Of a DNA stretch of 64,000 nucleotides, positions 27,245 through 39,915 are shown in pieces. The position numbers were made by a program, and so were the translations under genes. Source of the DNA: Antedon mediterranea (taxonomy: Eukaryota; Animalia; Echinodermata). Each line of letters opens with the position of its first letter. Position 1 is the stretch's first letter. Location of the stretch: positions 3,922,422-3,986,421 of the forward strand of contig NC_092678.1 of assembly GCF_964355755.1 (NCBI RefSeq), read 5' to 3'. Under the pieces are notes generated by a model. That model did no database searches. It saw nothing but the letters and a program-made list of their open reading frames with translations, and was not told the DNA's origin.

Positions 27245-28825
27245 TGCTGAAATAAATACAGACCTAAATAAAGTTAAACTGCAACTTGACAGTTTTACTT
27301 TTTAGTTTAATAGGCCTACATGTTGACTTCCATAGTCTACTAGAACAAACTAGCAAATTGATTATTCGAGGGAAGTATTTTTAAGTAGTTTCACTTTCAG
27401 ATACATTACTCGCTATCATCATTGCGTTTCTTTTTGCTGTTTTCTTGTGTGGGGTTTTCCAATCCAATTTCACTTAAATGTACAAATAAGCAGTAAATAA
27501 GCAAACATATATGCTGTACTAAAATTAATTCCAACTAGTTTTTCAGCTAGCTCGTATGTATAGATAAAAATCCTAATTCTTGCATAATTGATGATGATGT
27601 TATTGTTGATGATAAAGATATAGAGGATAGTTAAAAGTAAATACTATTACTTAATTAATTAATATTACGATTACTTAAAATTACTAATACTTAGACAAGA
27701 ACCTATTATTAAGCTGACTCGATATAATTATTATTATTATTGTAGTTATAATAGGCTTATATATTTTTTTGGTATATTTATTATGCAAGAAGATAAATTA
27801 AGCAATGTATTTTTTGAGAAAATATCAATTGATAACAAATACATAAAACGTACCTTTTTTTCTCCTTAACAAAGTTGTCAATGAATAGTTATACCGCCGA
27901 GTTTTTCGTTTTGATTTGGACGTTCTTTTAGCGTTATGTAGATTACACTATTAAGCAATTGTCAGCAATTTGTAAGCACATAACAAACAGAAAAACTTTT
28001 AGGACGAGGAACTACAAAATTAATATTTATCGAAAGAGTGTTTTGTGAGTTATACATCCCAATGATTTCCACGGCTATTGTTTAATTTCAACCCATATTC
28101 AACTATAGAACAGGAAAGGAAACATAGCATTTCTTCCGCAATGAGTGCTACAATATTACACCACAACAGGTCAAATAAATTGACATTGTTGAGGAAATAC
28201 CAAATCATCGTGACTATGGAAACTTCTGACGTTTAAAGAAAAACAAAGAATTAGGCCAGCAATAATGTTTAAAAAAGTATCACAAGCGACAGCAGTTCGA
28301 GCGATAAACTACCAGGACATGTAGTAAAGTGAGTTGACCAATCAAAAGCTACAGTTCGAACGATCCATGGTGTTGTGATTCGCCAAATTATTTGCGATGC
28401 TCTATAGTCCTGGTTGCGTGGTGGAAACCAATCTCTGTATGTATGATTCATACAGTACGGCAGATGACGATCCCTTTGCACGTGATCCTGATTTGTTCCA
28501 TTTACATTTTCTTTTGTTTAATGATTAAAATACGTCACATACACTGATTAAAAACAATACCATTTCAAAATGTATTATTTAAATCTATACTACCTTGATC
28601 TATTAGTATTAATGTAAGTAGGCCTTAAGTCCGTCCAGCAGTAAATAGCTGGTACTGACCATAAGCATTTCATTTTGTGTATAAAGGAGTGAACATTTTA
28701 TATTTACAGTATTGAAACAATAATTTGATAGATCTTCTACATTTGGAACAATTTGCTCGTGTCTGTAACAAAGGCTTGGATTAACATCCCACCAAAGTAT
28801 ATCTTCTAGGCCTACTAATGGAGAA

Positions 28826-29788
28826 ATGGCAGACTTTATAAACGATACATCCGACTGGAGCTCGATGAGAATGTCAAGAAGAACCAATTACATCGCATGC
28901 GTTATCATAGTTGACGTAATAGGCGTCATTTCAATCGTTCTTAATGTCAGCGTTATAGTCGTAATTTCTAGTAACAAAAGACTGAGAAAACGAAAGAACA
29001 TCTTTACATGTTCCCTGGCTGTTTCGGATGGATTATTCGCGCTTGCAATGTTAGTGAAGATTCTTAGTAATGAATCGTTTGAACTTTATCGGTCAAATTT
29101 AGATCTAGTAACGTTGGCTGTAATGGATGTAACTTCATTGGTATCCCTTCTGACCATAGGATCTATAGCCTTAGAGAGGTATGTTGCTATTGTCTGGAAA
29201 CCAATGTTGCGAAGTAAGGTATCCATGAGGCACATTGCAACGGTGTGTATTCTGAACTGGGTATTCGCGGCTTGTGTAATAATTCCAGGTTATATCTTAT
29301 CCTTCTATAGGCCTAAAGATACATTTATCCTATCAACATTTTTTATCATATGTATTATTGTATTTTTGGTAACTATATACATTGCTATATACAGAAGCGT
29401 CGCTGGCCACGAACGAAACATGCATTCGTTTTCATGTAGGCGGGAAAAATACAATTCGCATCGTCTGCTTGTGATGTTTTCGTTGATTCTTGGATGCTTT
29501 ATCGTCTGCTGGTTACCGATAAACATTGTCATTATTTTAGAATACTATCTTCATTTTAATGACAAAGAGCTATATAGGATTTTATTGGTCATTGGTACCA
29601 GTCTTATTCTTCTAAATTCGTTAACCAATCCAATTATTTATTTTTGGAGAATTCCAGATTTTCGTAAAGCATTCTTCGCATTGTTTAAACGAATAAAGTT
29701 ACATGGTAAAACATCGAGCACATCCAATATTGCAGCAAGATCTTGCACTAACCGAGCAATTACTATTTCCGAAGCTGTTCAAACTTAA
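28826..29788 (+). CDS. Intronless rhodopsin-family (class A) orphan GPCR
   Basis: 320 aa, seven hydrophobic segments, LAVSD (TM2), ERY (TM3), CWLP (TM6), NPIIY (TM7), FRKAF helix 8. Confidence 0.93.
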   Translation: MADFINDTSDWSSMRMSRRTNYIACVIIVDVIGVISIVLNVSVIVVISSNKRLRKRKNIFTCSLAVSDGLFALAMLVKILSNESFELYRSNLDLVTLAVMDVTSLVSLLTIGSIALERYVAIVWKPMLRSKVSMRHIATVCILNWVFAACVIIPGYILSFYRPKDTFILSTFFIICIIVFLVTIYIAIYRSVAGHERNMHSFSCRREKYNSHRLLVMFSLILGCFIVCWLPINIVIILEYYLHFNDKELYRILLVIGTSLILLNSLTNPIIYFWRIPDFRKAFFALFKRIKLHGKTSSTSNIAARSCTNRAITISEAVQT

Positions 29789-30541
29789 ATATATTAAAAG
29801 TACTTTATTAAGAAATCAAAGAAGATGGAGGCTGTCACGTAGTTCTACTTTGATTAAGACAACCTAACAACAGGACACTGAGCTCGTCTTGCCAAGATAG
29901 GAACTTTTAACATTCCTTTGATCTTATGTCTGGCTGCGACCACCAACAGTACTGTACCAACTCCCTGACTGTACTATGTCTATATTCTCCACAGCGCGCG
30001 TTGTCTGTTAAGTGCCGCAGCCACAGATAAACCCTTTCATCTCCGGAGCTCAGCATCCTATTGTTAGATTTCCTTGCTTGGACATACAATTTAACGAATA
30101 TGTATTTTGTAATGGAAACTTTGTTGTACTGTATAAATATCAAACTGAGATATATAATGATATATTAAGGACAGGTTTAATAAATTACTATTCAATGCTG
30201 TGCTCTGAAACATATTAATAGTCTCTTAGTTTGACATAGGCTAATATCAATATACATACACTCAACGGTACGGTATCTCTATCTCCATCCAAACTCCAAA
30301 TTCCAACAAACTCCTGACTTTTATTGCGAATCAATGCGAATCATTAAACCTATAATAGTGTCACAATATTACCACTTTCAAATATCTTCAACCTATTTCC
30401 AACTACTGTACGTTCCTTGGAATTTAAAGTATTCCATTTCCAAAATAAAAACATTTTTAAATATGTGCTATATGTTAATGTCTTAATATGTACTGATCCA
30501 TTGACAATATATATTATCTTACAAACTGGTCGAATTAAGTA

Positions 30542-31435
30542 TTAGCAATTTACAGTAGATAATCTATTTTTCGGTTTAAACAATATTCGTCTGAACACCG
30601 CATCTCTAAAACCTTTAATTCGCCAACCATACAAAACTGGTGTTAGGATAGAATGAATAATTGTTAACATCAAACAAGGGTAGTAAATATTGGTTTTTAC
30701 ATTTTCATAGCAACTTAAAATAAGAATATGGTCTAATAGAGTTATTAAATCCATCGGCAGCCAACTGATTACAAAGGCACAAACAACAATTGAAAAGGTT
30801 CTTATCAAAATCTTCGACATTCTGAGTTCTGCCGGAACTATATTAATCTGGTTTTCATGTTTGCAGACAGAATTGTAAATAATGAAGTACGAAACGCACA
30901 CTTGGATGATAATCACGAAATTCCAGACAGCTACGATAATCGCTGTTTGGTACTCAAAGTATAAGGAAACACCAATTACTGTATACGACAGAGTGAAAAG
31001 TATTGCCCATGTTGACAGCAGTTTCTTCGGTGAATTCAAATCCTTCTTAAACGGGAAAATTACAATAACGACCAGCCGTTCTAAAGCAATGGCTAACACG
31101 GTCTGGATCGACATCACGGCAGACGATAAGCTAATCTGCATCACTATTTGTGTAGATTTTATATTCATGTTTATTGTTAGTGTTATAAACATAAATACAG
31201 CGTAGATACAATCGGAGACGGCCAAACAACAAGGCAACATGTGGTGACGTTTGCGCAGATGTTTTTCCGAAGCAAAAATAAGGATGGTCGTTAAGTTGAA
31301 GACGGCACTTATGCCACAGAAAACAGCAATAGCCACTGTACTTGATTGGGATCCCGTACCATAATGCAATTCTTCAAAGAAAAAATATATCAGAGGGACA
31401 TTACATGTTACATTGACGCTAGATATATTCGTCAT
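30542..31435 (-). CDS. Intronless class A orphan GPCR (ERL/TPxxY subfamily)
   Basis: 297 aa, 7 TM, LAVSD, ERL, SWLP, TPVLY, FRDA. Shares IFPFKKDLNSPK with its neighbours. Confidence 0.92.
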   Translation of the reverse strand: MTNISSVNVTCNVPLIYFFFEELHYGTGSQSSTVAIAVFCGISAVFNLTTILIFASEKHLRKRHHMLPCCLAVSDCIYAVFMFITLTINMNIKSTQIVMQISLSSAVMSIQTVLAIALERLVVIVIFPFKKDLNSPKKLLSTWAILFTLSYTVIGVSLYFEYQTAIIVAVWNFVIIIQVCVSYFIIYNSVCKHENQINIVPAELRMSKILIRTFSIVVCAFVISWLPMDLITLLDHILILSCYENVKTNIYYPCLMLTIIHSILTPVLYGWRIKGFRDAVFRRILFKPKNRLSTVNC

Positions 31436-31893
31436 TTTCAGAGACTTGTTTCTTTCTTGACACTGTTTCGTTATTATTTTCTGCGGTTTTCCTAAGTTGT
31501 GATCGGCTGATGTTTGCTAGATAATTTAAATTTGTTTGCAGCACGCATCGTCATTGTTCAAAAAACTGTTACACGATTGGTTGCAAGCACTTATAAGCAA
31601 TTATAATAAGGACGTGATTCTTTAGAAAATGAATATATCAAATACAGCTATATTTCAATGTCAATTTACTGTACTTCCTGAACCGAATCGCTTTCCATAT
31701 TCATAATTAAAGTAAGCTCATAACAACAGATCGTAATTAATGGACACTACAGTAATCCTTATTAGGAAAAAAACCATTTCGAAAAAGCGCCGCCAAAACT
31801 ACAAGTTCATCGTAGAAACATAAAACAAACAAAATATTTCAACAGGGTCTTTATTTGTATACTAGGCCTACCATTACTACTCTATAACTGTTA

Positions 31894-32052
31894 AGCCGAT
31901 TTTCCACTAGGCGAATTTGTTCGCGCGAATCGAACGCGCCAGCTTGTACGCATGTGTATTCATGTTTACGTCTTCCAAATCCTTCTCTACGCATGCGTAT
32001 TAGCTGACGCCTTCGATTCGCACGAACAAATTCGCCTAGTGGAAAATCGGCT
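31894..32052. mobile_element. PIF/Harbinger-type MITE, family 2
   Basis: ~40-bp TIRs AGCCGATTTTCCACTAGGCGAATTTGTTCG..., TSD TTA (31891-31893, 32053-32055). Confidence 0.9.
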
Positions 32053-32803
32053 TTAGGATACCATTTTATTGTACGGTAACAAAATCGTTCATAGTACTGT
32101 ATAATTAGGCTTGATAATTGATAACAACCCACTTAATTTTCTACTCTCGAACATATTAGCTTGTTTAAACATATTAAGGCCTACTTTCAGCTCGAAGTTA
32201 ACTAATTACATTCTTCTTGTTATTTCCTTCTATTTATCAACATGCGTATACTAATACTAAATAAATGCTATTATTAGTGAATAATTACTATGTAACTATT
32301 ATCCTAGTAACATAATGTAATGAAAAGAGATCTTATGCCAAAGTATGGTTGTAATTTTCTATAATTACCATAATTGGAACTTAATAAGACAGGCCTACTG
32401 TTTTCTAGTATAATTAACATTAAGAAAGTCTTCGACGAGTTATTTTGAATCTTTCAACAAATACAGAAAACGCAAAAGTCATCTGGCACATCCTTCTGAG
32501 TATGCGCAGAATGTCTGAATGGGTTAATAGCTTGAGCGTATCAACTTGATGGGCAATCACCCGATCTGTTTCACGCGACAACTAAGCACTCGAATGATTA
32601 ATTCTGTCACTCGGCATTGTAAGCCTACACAACGAACCCGCATATACGCATTTGAAACTCGACTTTCTATACATCTAAGCATTTAGGTTAATGTAGGGTA
32701 TGAAACTATCAATTGAACTGTATTAAAACGGAGCTTAAGAAACAAATAGGAAAGCTGAAAAGCATCTGAAAATCAACACGACTAGAAGTTAAACTGTAAA
32801 GAA

Positions 32804-33676
32804 ATGGCGACCGATGAAGTTTACTGCAATATATCGGTTCTGGAAGTTTTCTACAAACAACTTGATCCAGATGAAGATTACAGATCTACCGTAATGGCCT
32901 TCACGGTCATATGTGTAGTAGCTTTTGTTCTGAACTTTGGAGTTGTTGTCATGTTTACAACCGAAAAGAGCTTGCGTAAGAGATACCACATCTTCGTTGG
33001 TTCCTTGGCAATATCAGAATGCGTGTTTGTTTCCACTACATTGTTTCTTGTAACATTTCCAGAAATTGATTCTTCAATTACAGAATTTGTGTATGCTATT
33101 TGTTCAGCGTCCCTTCAAGTATCAATCGAGACTGTTTTAGCGATTGCCTTGGAACGGCTTCTAGTTCTTGTAATCTTTCCGTTTAAGAAGGATTTAAATT
33201 CACCAAAGAACATGTTCATAACTTGTGCGGTAATGTGGAGTGTAACCTATATAGTAGTCGGAGGGTTTACCATGAGTAATATGTTGAGTGAATATGAACT
33301 ATTTGCTTTTGCTCTAAATGTCTGTGTCCAACTCTTAGTTGCGTTAACATACTACATAATTTACAATTCTTTACAACGACGTGAAAAACAGTTAGAGTCA
33401 GTACCCAGTGAATTTAGAATTTCCAAACGACTACTTAAAACATTCTCAATTGTTGTATTTGTATTTTTCATGAGTTGGATGCCAGTATACACTGTTGCTA
33501 TTATTGATAAACTGTTAGACTTTAAGTGTGATGACATTATATATTTATATATTTTCCCAATTTGTTTCAACATAAACATGGTTCACTCTGCAGTTACGCC
33601 AATTTTATACGTATGGAGAATGAAGACGTTCAGAGACGCTTTGGTGAAACGATTAACGTGTAGGCACAAGAACTAA
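32804..33676 (+). CDS. Intronless class A orphan GPCR (ERL/TPxxY subfamily)
   Basis: 290 aa, 7 TM, LAISE, ERL, SWMP, TPILY, FRDA, N-terminal DPDEDY. Confidence 0.92.
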   Translation: MATDEVYCNISVLEVFYKQLDPDEDYRSTVMAFTVICVVAFVLNFGVVVMFTTEKSLRKRYHIFVGSLAISECVFVSTTLFLVTFPEIDSSITEFVYAICSASLQVSIETVLAIALERLLVLVIFPFKKDLNSPKNMFITCAVMWSVTYIVVGGFTMSNMLSEYELFAFALNVCVQLLVALTYYIIYNSLQRREKQLESVPSEFRISKRLLKTFSIVVFVFFMSWMPVYTVAIIDKLLDFKCDDIIYLYIFPICFNINMVHSAVTPILYVWRMKTFRDALVKRLTCRHKN

Positions 33677-35006
33677 ATCGTTTGTCGCGCACGGCAAGGA
33701 TATGATAAATTCATTTTCCTAGCCTAAAATTATGATTTAGGACCGCTTCATTGGCAACAACCATTGAATCAGTGACGAGGAACAGAAATACACAAATAAT
33801 AAAACAGGTTTTTTGGACAAATGTTGAACACATTATTACGAAACTAAGTCACACTCAGTGGATGTTTAAATATGTATCGTATGTAATGTTAAGCCATACT
33901 GAACAATATCAAGTAGAACATATTTCGGTATAGGCTTTGCTAAATTCATAAGAATAGCATACTATTTGTAACATTCGACTATGCAACGTTTGTATACGGC
34001 AATGCATACATTACATTTGACTACTAAACCGAATTGCGGAACTCCGGTATACGGAAAATATTCTAACAACCGGAACAAGGATTTCATGATGGAAACACGC
34101 ATGTACTAATGCGCATCATTATCGGGTTGAGCGTGCGCAAAGTGTTTAATAGTTCGAGTGAAATGTACATTAACGTTGTAATAATTATTGAATATTTTCT
34201 ACACAGATAGTTCTATCAACATGATAATTATCTCAAGCTGATGCGGATTCAAAAATAAAAACGTTCTTCAAATTATATGTTAATAAGAAATTGATTAAAA
34301 TAATACACAATGAATATAAATAAATTCGATAAAAGGACTTAAAAGCACTTCGAAATCAGGTGCAGTAGGCATAGTGGTATATACATCCGTATACCTCACT
34401 TGTGATATTATTCAGAATACACTGGCCTCAAGTGGAAGTCGTCAACGCAGTTAAGATTAAAGACATCATTTGGTATCTTCATTACTCCATTTTTTATTTG
34501 TGTATTAGTAGTGGCAATAATCTAAGACTATTTAGATTTTCTGTTTCTTCTGTATTCCCACAAGTTACGCGTTAGCACCAACTCAAGTGACCTGGAGCTA
34601 GTTTTTTCCATTTTCAAGAGCGCAGGAAGTTTTCACAGATACCAGTCACTTTTATGTTGCCCATTAAAGTATTTAGTTGAAATTCAAACCAAAACAGAGA
34701 GGGTAATAAACTGGCCATAGTAATCCCTACAGATTTCCCGCTTTGTCCATTTGACAAAACACAGTAAGCGTTCGGGTGATTCAGTCTGTCGCTCTCGGCG
34801 TTGCATCCGGATTTAAGGACAATATTGTTGTCTTATAACTTAGGCATCGGATACTACGAATTCCACACGTCGATGTTAACGTATGTAGTGCACAAAGCTA
34901 TCTACATTTATAGAGCTTTTAAAGAAACTGTAGTGTAAACTTCAAACCGATAGGAAAACAAATAAAACTGCTGAAAATATTAATTAATTTAATTAATCCA
35001 TAAAAA

Positions 35007-35879
35007 ATGGCAAACATGACGGATGAAGTTTACTGCAACTTATCGGTTCTTGAAGTCTTCTTCAAACAAATTGATCCAGATGAAGATTACAGATCTACCG
35101 TAATGGCATTTACAGTAATTTCTGTGGTAGGTTTTGTTCTGAACTTTGGAGTTGTTGTCATGTTTACAACTGAAAAGAGCTTGCGTAAGAGATACCACAT
35201 CTTCGTTGGTTCCTTGGCAATATCAGAATGCATATTTGTTTCCACTACATTGTTTCTTGTAACATTTCCAGAAATTGATTCTTCAATTACACAAGTTGTT
35301 AATGGCATTTGTTCAGCGTCCCTTCAAGTATCAATCGAGACTGTTTTAGCGATTGCCTTGGAACGGCTTCTAGTTCTTGTAATCTTTCCGTTTAAGAAGG
35401 ATTTAAATTCACCAAAGAACATGTTCATAACTTGTGCGGTAATGTGGAGTGTAACTTACATAGTAGTTGGGGGGTTTACGTTGAAAAATATGTTGGGTGA
35501 ATATGCAATATTTGCTTTTTTGGTAAACGTCTGTATTGTACTATTAGTTGCGTTGATATACTACATAATTTACAATTCATTACAACGACGTGAAAAACAG
35601 TTAGAGTCAGTACCCAGTGAATTTAGAATTTCCAAGCGACTAGTTAAAACATTCTCAATTGTTGTATTTGTATTTTTCATGAGTTGGATGCCAGTATACA
35701 CTGTTGCTATTATTGATAAACTGTTAGACTTTAAGTGTGATGACATTATATATTTATATATTTTCCCAATTTGTTTCAACATAAACATGGTTCATTCTGC
35801 AGTTACACCCATTTTATACGTATGGCGAATGAAGACGTTCAGAGACGCTTTGGTGAAACGAATAACATGTAGGCACTAA
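35007..35879 (+). CDS. Intronless class A orphan GPCR, close paralog of 32804-33676
   Basis: 290 aa, about 22 substitutions versus the previous gene and long identical nucleotide tracts. Confidence 0.92.
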   Translation: MANMTDEVYCNLSVLEVFFKQIDPDEDYRSTVMAFTVISVVGFVLNFGVVVMFTTEKSLRKRYHIFVGSLAISECIFVSTTLFLVTFPEIDSSITQVVNGICSASLQVSIETVLAIALERLLVLVIFPFKKDLNSPKNMFITCAVMWSVTYIVVGGFTLKNMLGEYAIFAFLVNVCIVLLVALIYYIIYNSLQRREKQLESVPSEFRISKRLVKTFSIVVFVFFMSWMPVYTVAIIDKLLDFKCDDIIYLYIFPICFNINMVHSAVTPILYVWRMKTFRDALVKRITCRH

Positions 35880-37037
35880 AACTGAAAAGCTTTGGATTCA
35901 AATTTTAACTGTGTAATTGAAGGGTCGGTGGAACAATATTTTAAAAACACTTCGAATGACCAATATTAGGATTATGGGTGAATAGATGCGGCGGCGATTG
36001 AAAGCAAAAACAAAGTCGTAATTAAGGTCTTATTTCAGTCAATGGCCATTCAATTAAAGAGTGTTGTCTGCCACAGGAGAGGTTAAATATGAGTTTGGGT
36101 CAAAGGAATGATCTGGCCCACAAGAAGTAATTAAACATTTAACTGCACTAATTATATCAAGAAAAGGAAGAATATATTTACAACATTCTCATATTGTGTA
36201 AAATATACCGTAACGAGATCCTTTAATTGCTGTTTAAGTAATCTAAATAATAGTTGTAGTACGTATGCCTACCTTCAGAAACAATAAATAAGATTAACAG
36301 GACTAGAATAAAAAGTAAGTGTATCATGTGTGGTTTGCTATTTAGTATTATTACTGTTAATAAAGTTGGCATACCAGTGTTTTTTTTTTTTTAAAGGCAC
36401 CACTGGCGTTGCATAGAACGATCAATCGTCCGAGACAACACGTGGCGATACGGTGTGTTGAGTGTGCATTTATATCATAAAAAAAGTATACAGTTAATTC
36501 CTATTTTTATAAGTTGATTTATTTTATGGATGCATAATTATATTAAAAATTCAATACAAATACATCAATTTAAACTTTCTTAATTAAGTGGAGTATCATT
36601 AACATTGTACTGTATCTCTATCTAAGATGTAATATTTGACAATTATCAAAAACACAATGAAATGAAATGAAGGACCAGGTTTAAACTGTACTGACGTATT
36701 TTTGGATAGCACCACTGACAATATACGAACATACAACTCATAGAATCAGTGATGAGGATATACATAAATTATGTTCACATTTCAATACATTTAAAAGGGT
36801 TTAATGATGAATCTCACTAATTGTCACTAGTAGTTTAATTATGAGGGTAAATTGATGTAACAGCATATACTATTCGAACAATAATATATTAATAATCATC
36901 AATGCCTGTAGTACAAACAAACATTAGGAACCTCGACAATTTATCACATTTTGTTAAGGATACGTTTTAAAGTACAACCCTTAATTTGTAACTACGAACT
37001 AAAGCATGGGATTTGAGTTAAAAGTACAAGCAATTAA

Positions 37038-37376
37038 CAAATCATACATTAGTACAAATAGACTTATTGATTAGCAGCTCTATTATACGTCATATAACCT
37101 GTAATAGTGCATCGATATTAGAAAACAAGGTGGTATTCTGTAGCTGGTGATTCCATACTCGTTTGCAGATAGCGTCTCTAAATGCCTTTATTCGCCATAC
37201 GTACATGATGAGCAAATCATACATTAGTACAAATAGACTTATTGATTAGCAGCTCTATTATACGTCATATAACCTGTAATATTAGAAAACAAGATGGTAT
37301 TCTGTAGCCGGTGATTCCGTACTCGTTTGCAGATAGCGTCTCTAAATGCCTTTATTCGCCATACGTACACGATGAG
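37038..37376. repeat. Tandem duplication (~175/164 bp) of the 3' end of the GPCR pseudogene
   Basis: CAAATCATACATTAGTACAAATAGAC...GATGAG at 37038-37212 and 37213-37376. Confidence 0.9.
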
Positions 37377-38112
37377 CGTAACGAATGAATGCGAGAAAGA
37401 CAAAATGAAACAAATAGGGTAAGATAAGTAGATAATGTTCGCATTCAATCTTTAAATAAACAGCCATAATCCCAACTACATCAATAGGCAACCAATTGAT
37501 AATAAATGCAAAAATAACCATTGAGAAAGTCTTGACGAGTGGTAATAAGTAACAATAACAACAATAAGAGTCACAAAACATTCAAACCTCCGATTCCAAT
37601 CAATTGCGCTTCGAGAAATAAATACTTAATACGTAAACAGTATTCAGAATAAAAATACACGTACACATTACAGTCCAAATCACTACGCATACTGCTAAAA
37701 GATTTTTCGGCGAATAAAGATCTTGTTTAAATGGAAAAACAACAATAACTAATAGTTGTTCAACAGCAACGGAAATAAACATCTGAAACGAAACATAGGC
37801 TGTAGACGTTCCAATAGAAAAGATTATGTGACTGTGACTGTAATGTCACGAAAATACATCATTGCCAAAGTGCTTATTACGAAGATACATTGCGAAATTG
37901 CCAACGACCCAATGAAGATGTACAGTATTGTCTTTTCCGCAGACTTTTTCAACTGCGTGACATGACAACAAAATTTACAACCACACTACGTAAACCAATG
38001 ACTATAAAAATCGTTAGGTATTATAATATTCATAGTCTTCGTTTGGATCTAACAATTGTATAAATTTTCCAAGTACGATCGACGCACAATTCTCGTTTGT
38101 CATGTTCCTCAT
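37239..38112 (-). pseudogene. Disrupted GPCR of the ERL/TPxxY subfamily
   Basis: Begins MRNMTNENC...LDPNEDY and then stops. Fragments AVEQLLVIVVFPFKQDLYSPK, LVKTFSMVIFAFIINWLP and IVYVWRIKAFRDA are separated by frameshifts, stops and deletions. Confidence 0.85.
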
Positions 38113-38726
38113 TTCTGTCTTCTTTCTGCTTTATATCTTTATTTCAGTGTAAATGCACATAAAAGAAAGAACAATTGTGTATGTTACATTCTGTCTATAT
38201 GACAGTAACATACTTTTGCAACACTAAATATCAAGCAGAACAAAATTCGAAATTAGGATTAATTGCATCCAAGAGAAGAAGGATCGGTTCAAACAAGAGT
38301 TTACAAGCTCTAGGCTACCACGTGTCCGATTTTGCACATAGATTTTTTAACCCTGAAAAGTCTGTAATGAACGTGAATTCTATACTGTATCATGTCATCA
38401 CCTTATCTATCTAAACAATCAAGTTACTAAATATTAATCAGAATAATGAACACTTCAAAATTATATGTTAGAATATTATACTCTTCAGCACTAATTAAAA
38501 TTATAATTCAAATTACAAGATGTCTCATCAAATAGAAACTACAATAAAAAAAGATAAAAATAAACTTGTGTCGGTTGACTCTTTAAAAATATTACAAAAA
38601 TAAGAATGTGAAAAGGCCAATGGTTTCCTGTATCTATATTAAGTCTTCAAATTATTAGCTTATAGGCCTATTCCTCTCCCTAATAATGTCAAACATTTGG
38701 AAGAAGCAAAATTCGATTATTGTTTA

Positions 38727-38969
38727 AGCCTGGTTTCCATAAAATCGCTACACGACAGAGCGTAGCGATTCTATGGAAACGCTAGAGTTTATCGGGGATC
38801 TAGTACGCGTATACGATTCATCGCCGACAAAATCGGCAAAGTTGAACATGGTTGAACTTTGCCGATTTGACTGCGATGAATCGGGGAGCCTTCCCGATTG
38901 CGTCGGCGACATCTGCGCGTGTAGCGATTTTAATGGAAACGCTGTAGCGATTTTAATGGAAACCAGGCT
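38727..38969. mobile_element. PIF/Harbinger-type MITE, family 3
   Basis: TIRs AGCCTGGTTTCCAT(A)AAAATCGCTACA / TGTAGCGATTTTAATGGAAACCAGGCT, subterminal repeats, TSD TTA (38724-38726, 38970-38972). Confidence 0.9.
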
Positions 38970-39915
38970 TTAATCAGCATAGGTCTATATAGGCCTAATA
39001 GACACCGAATCAAAAATATCAATTAACGAAGGTTCTTCGCGTAAGCATAATTAATAATAAATTATTTTTTCTCATCAAACTATAATACTAACAACGGTGA
39101 TCACATGTAATAATTTGACCAATCACTGTGAGACATAGAAACCAATGCTTACTAGATACACAAGGACACAGAACGGAAAAGTGAGATTTTAAGCTTCCGA
39201 GGAAACTGGATGATTATAAACAAAATAATATAAGTAAACATAATTGAAAAAAAATAAGATTTTAATATTATCAGCAGATTTTGAATAAATAATTGTTGTT
39301 GTATGGTTGTCTAAACATGGAACAATATATCCAACAATTGATTTCTATCTTCGCTTTGATCTTAATCTATCTTTAATATTCCACTTATTTACTTTATCGA
39401 TTAACCACAATCGATTAAATTTGAACGTGTATTTAATAAACTGAAAACTCCCTAAATTTTCCGACATGGTTTGAAAATAAAATTCATTGTAATAATGAAG
39501 ATGAGATACAAGGAAAAAAATATATAGTTTGACAAAAATTGCTAAAAATTATATATTAGCCTATATAAATATATTGTATGATTGTTTTTTAACTTAGATA
39601 TTTACTTGTTTTCCAAGGTAGATTAATGTATTTATCAATTGCTATTTGTTCAGTTACTCTAGGTAATATTTCCAATCACTTGGAAACCTGCTAAGTCTGT
39701 TTTATTAATCCGTAAACTAATACAATGATTTGATTCGTCGTGTCAGATGTGTTGAATACTTAAGACGATTGTTCCGTATTATTATAATTTATATCCAACT
39801 CAACTATAAAACACTCGGGACTGAATCTATCAACTGCTCATCTTAAAACTGTTGAATGCATATACACTTTAGCAAAAGAGAAACATAGGCTTACAGTTTG
39901 GAATTAATAACCAAA

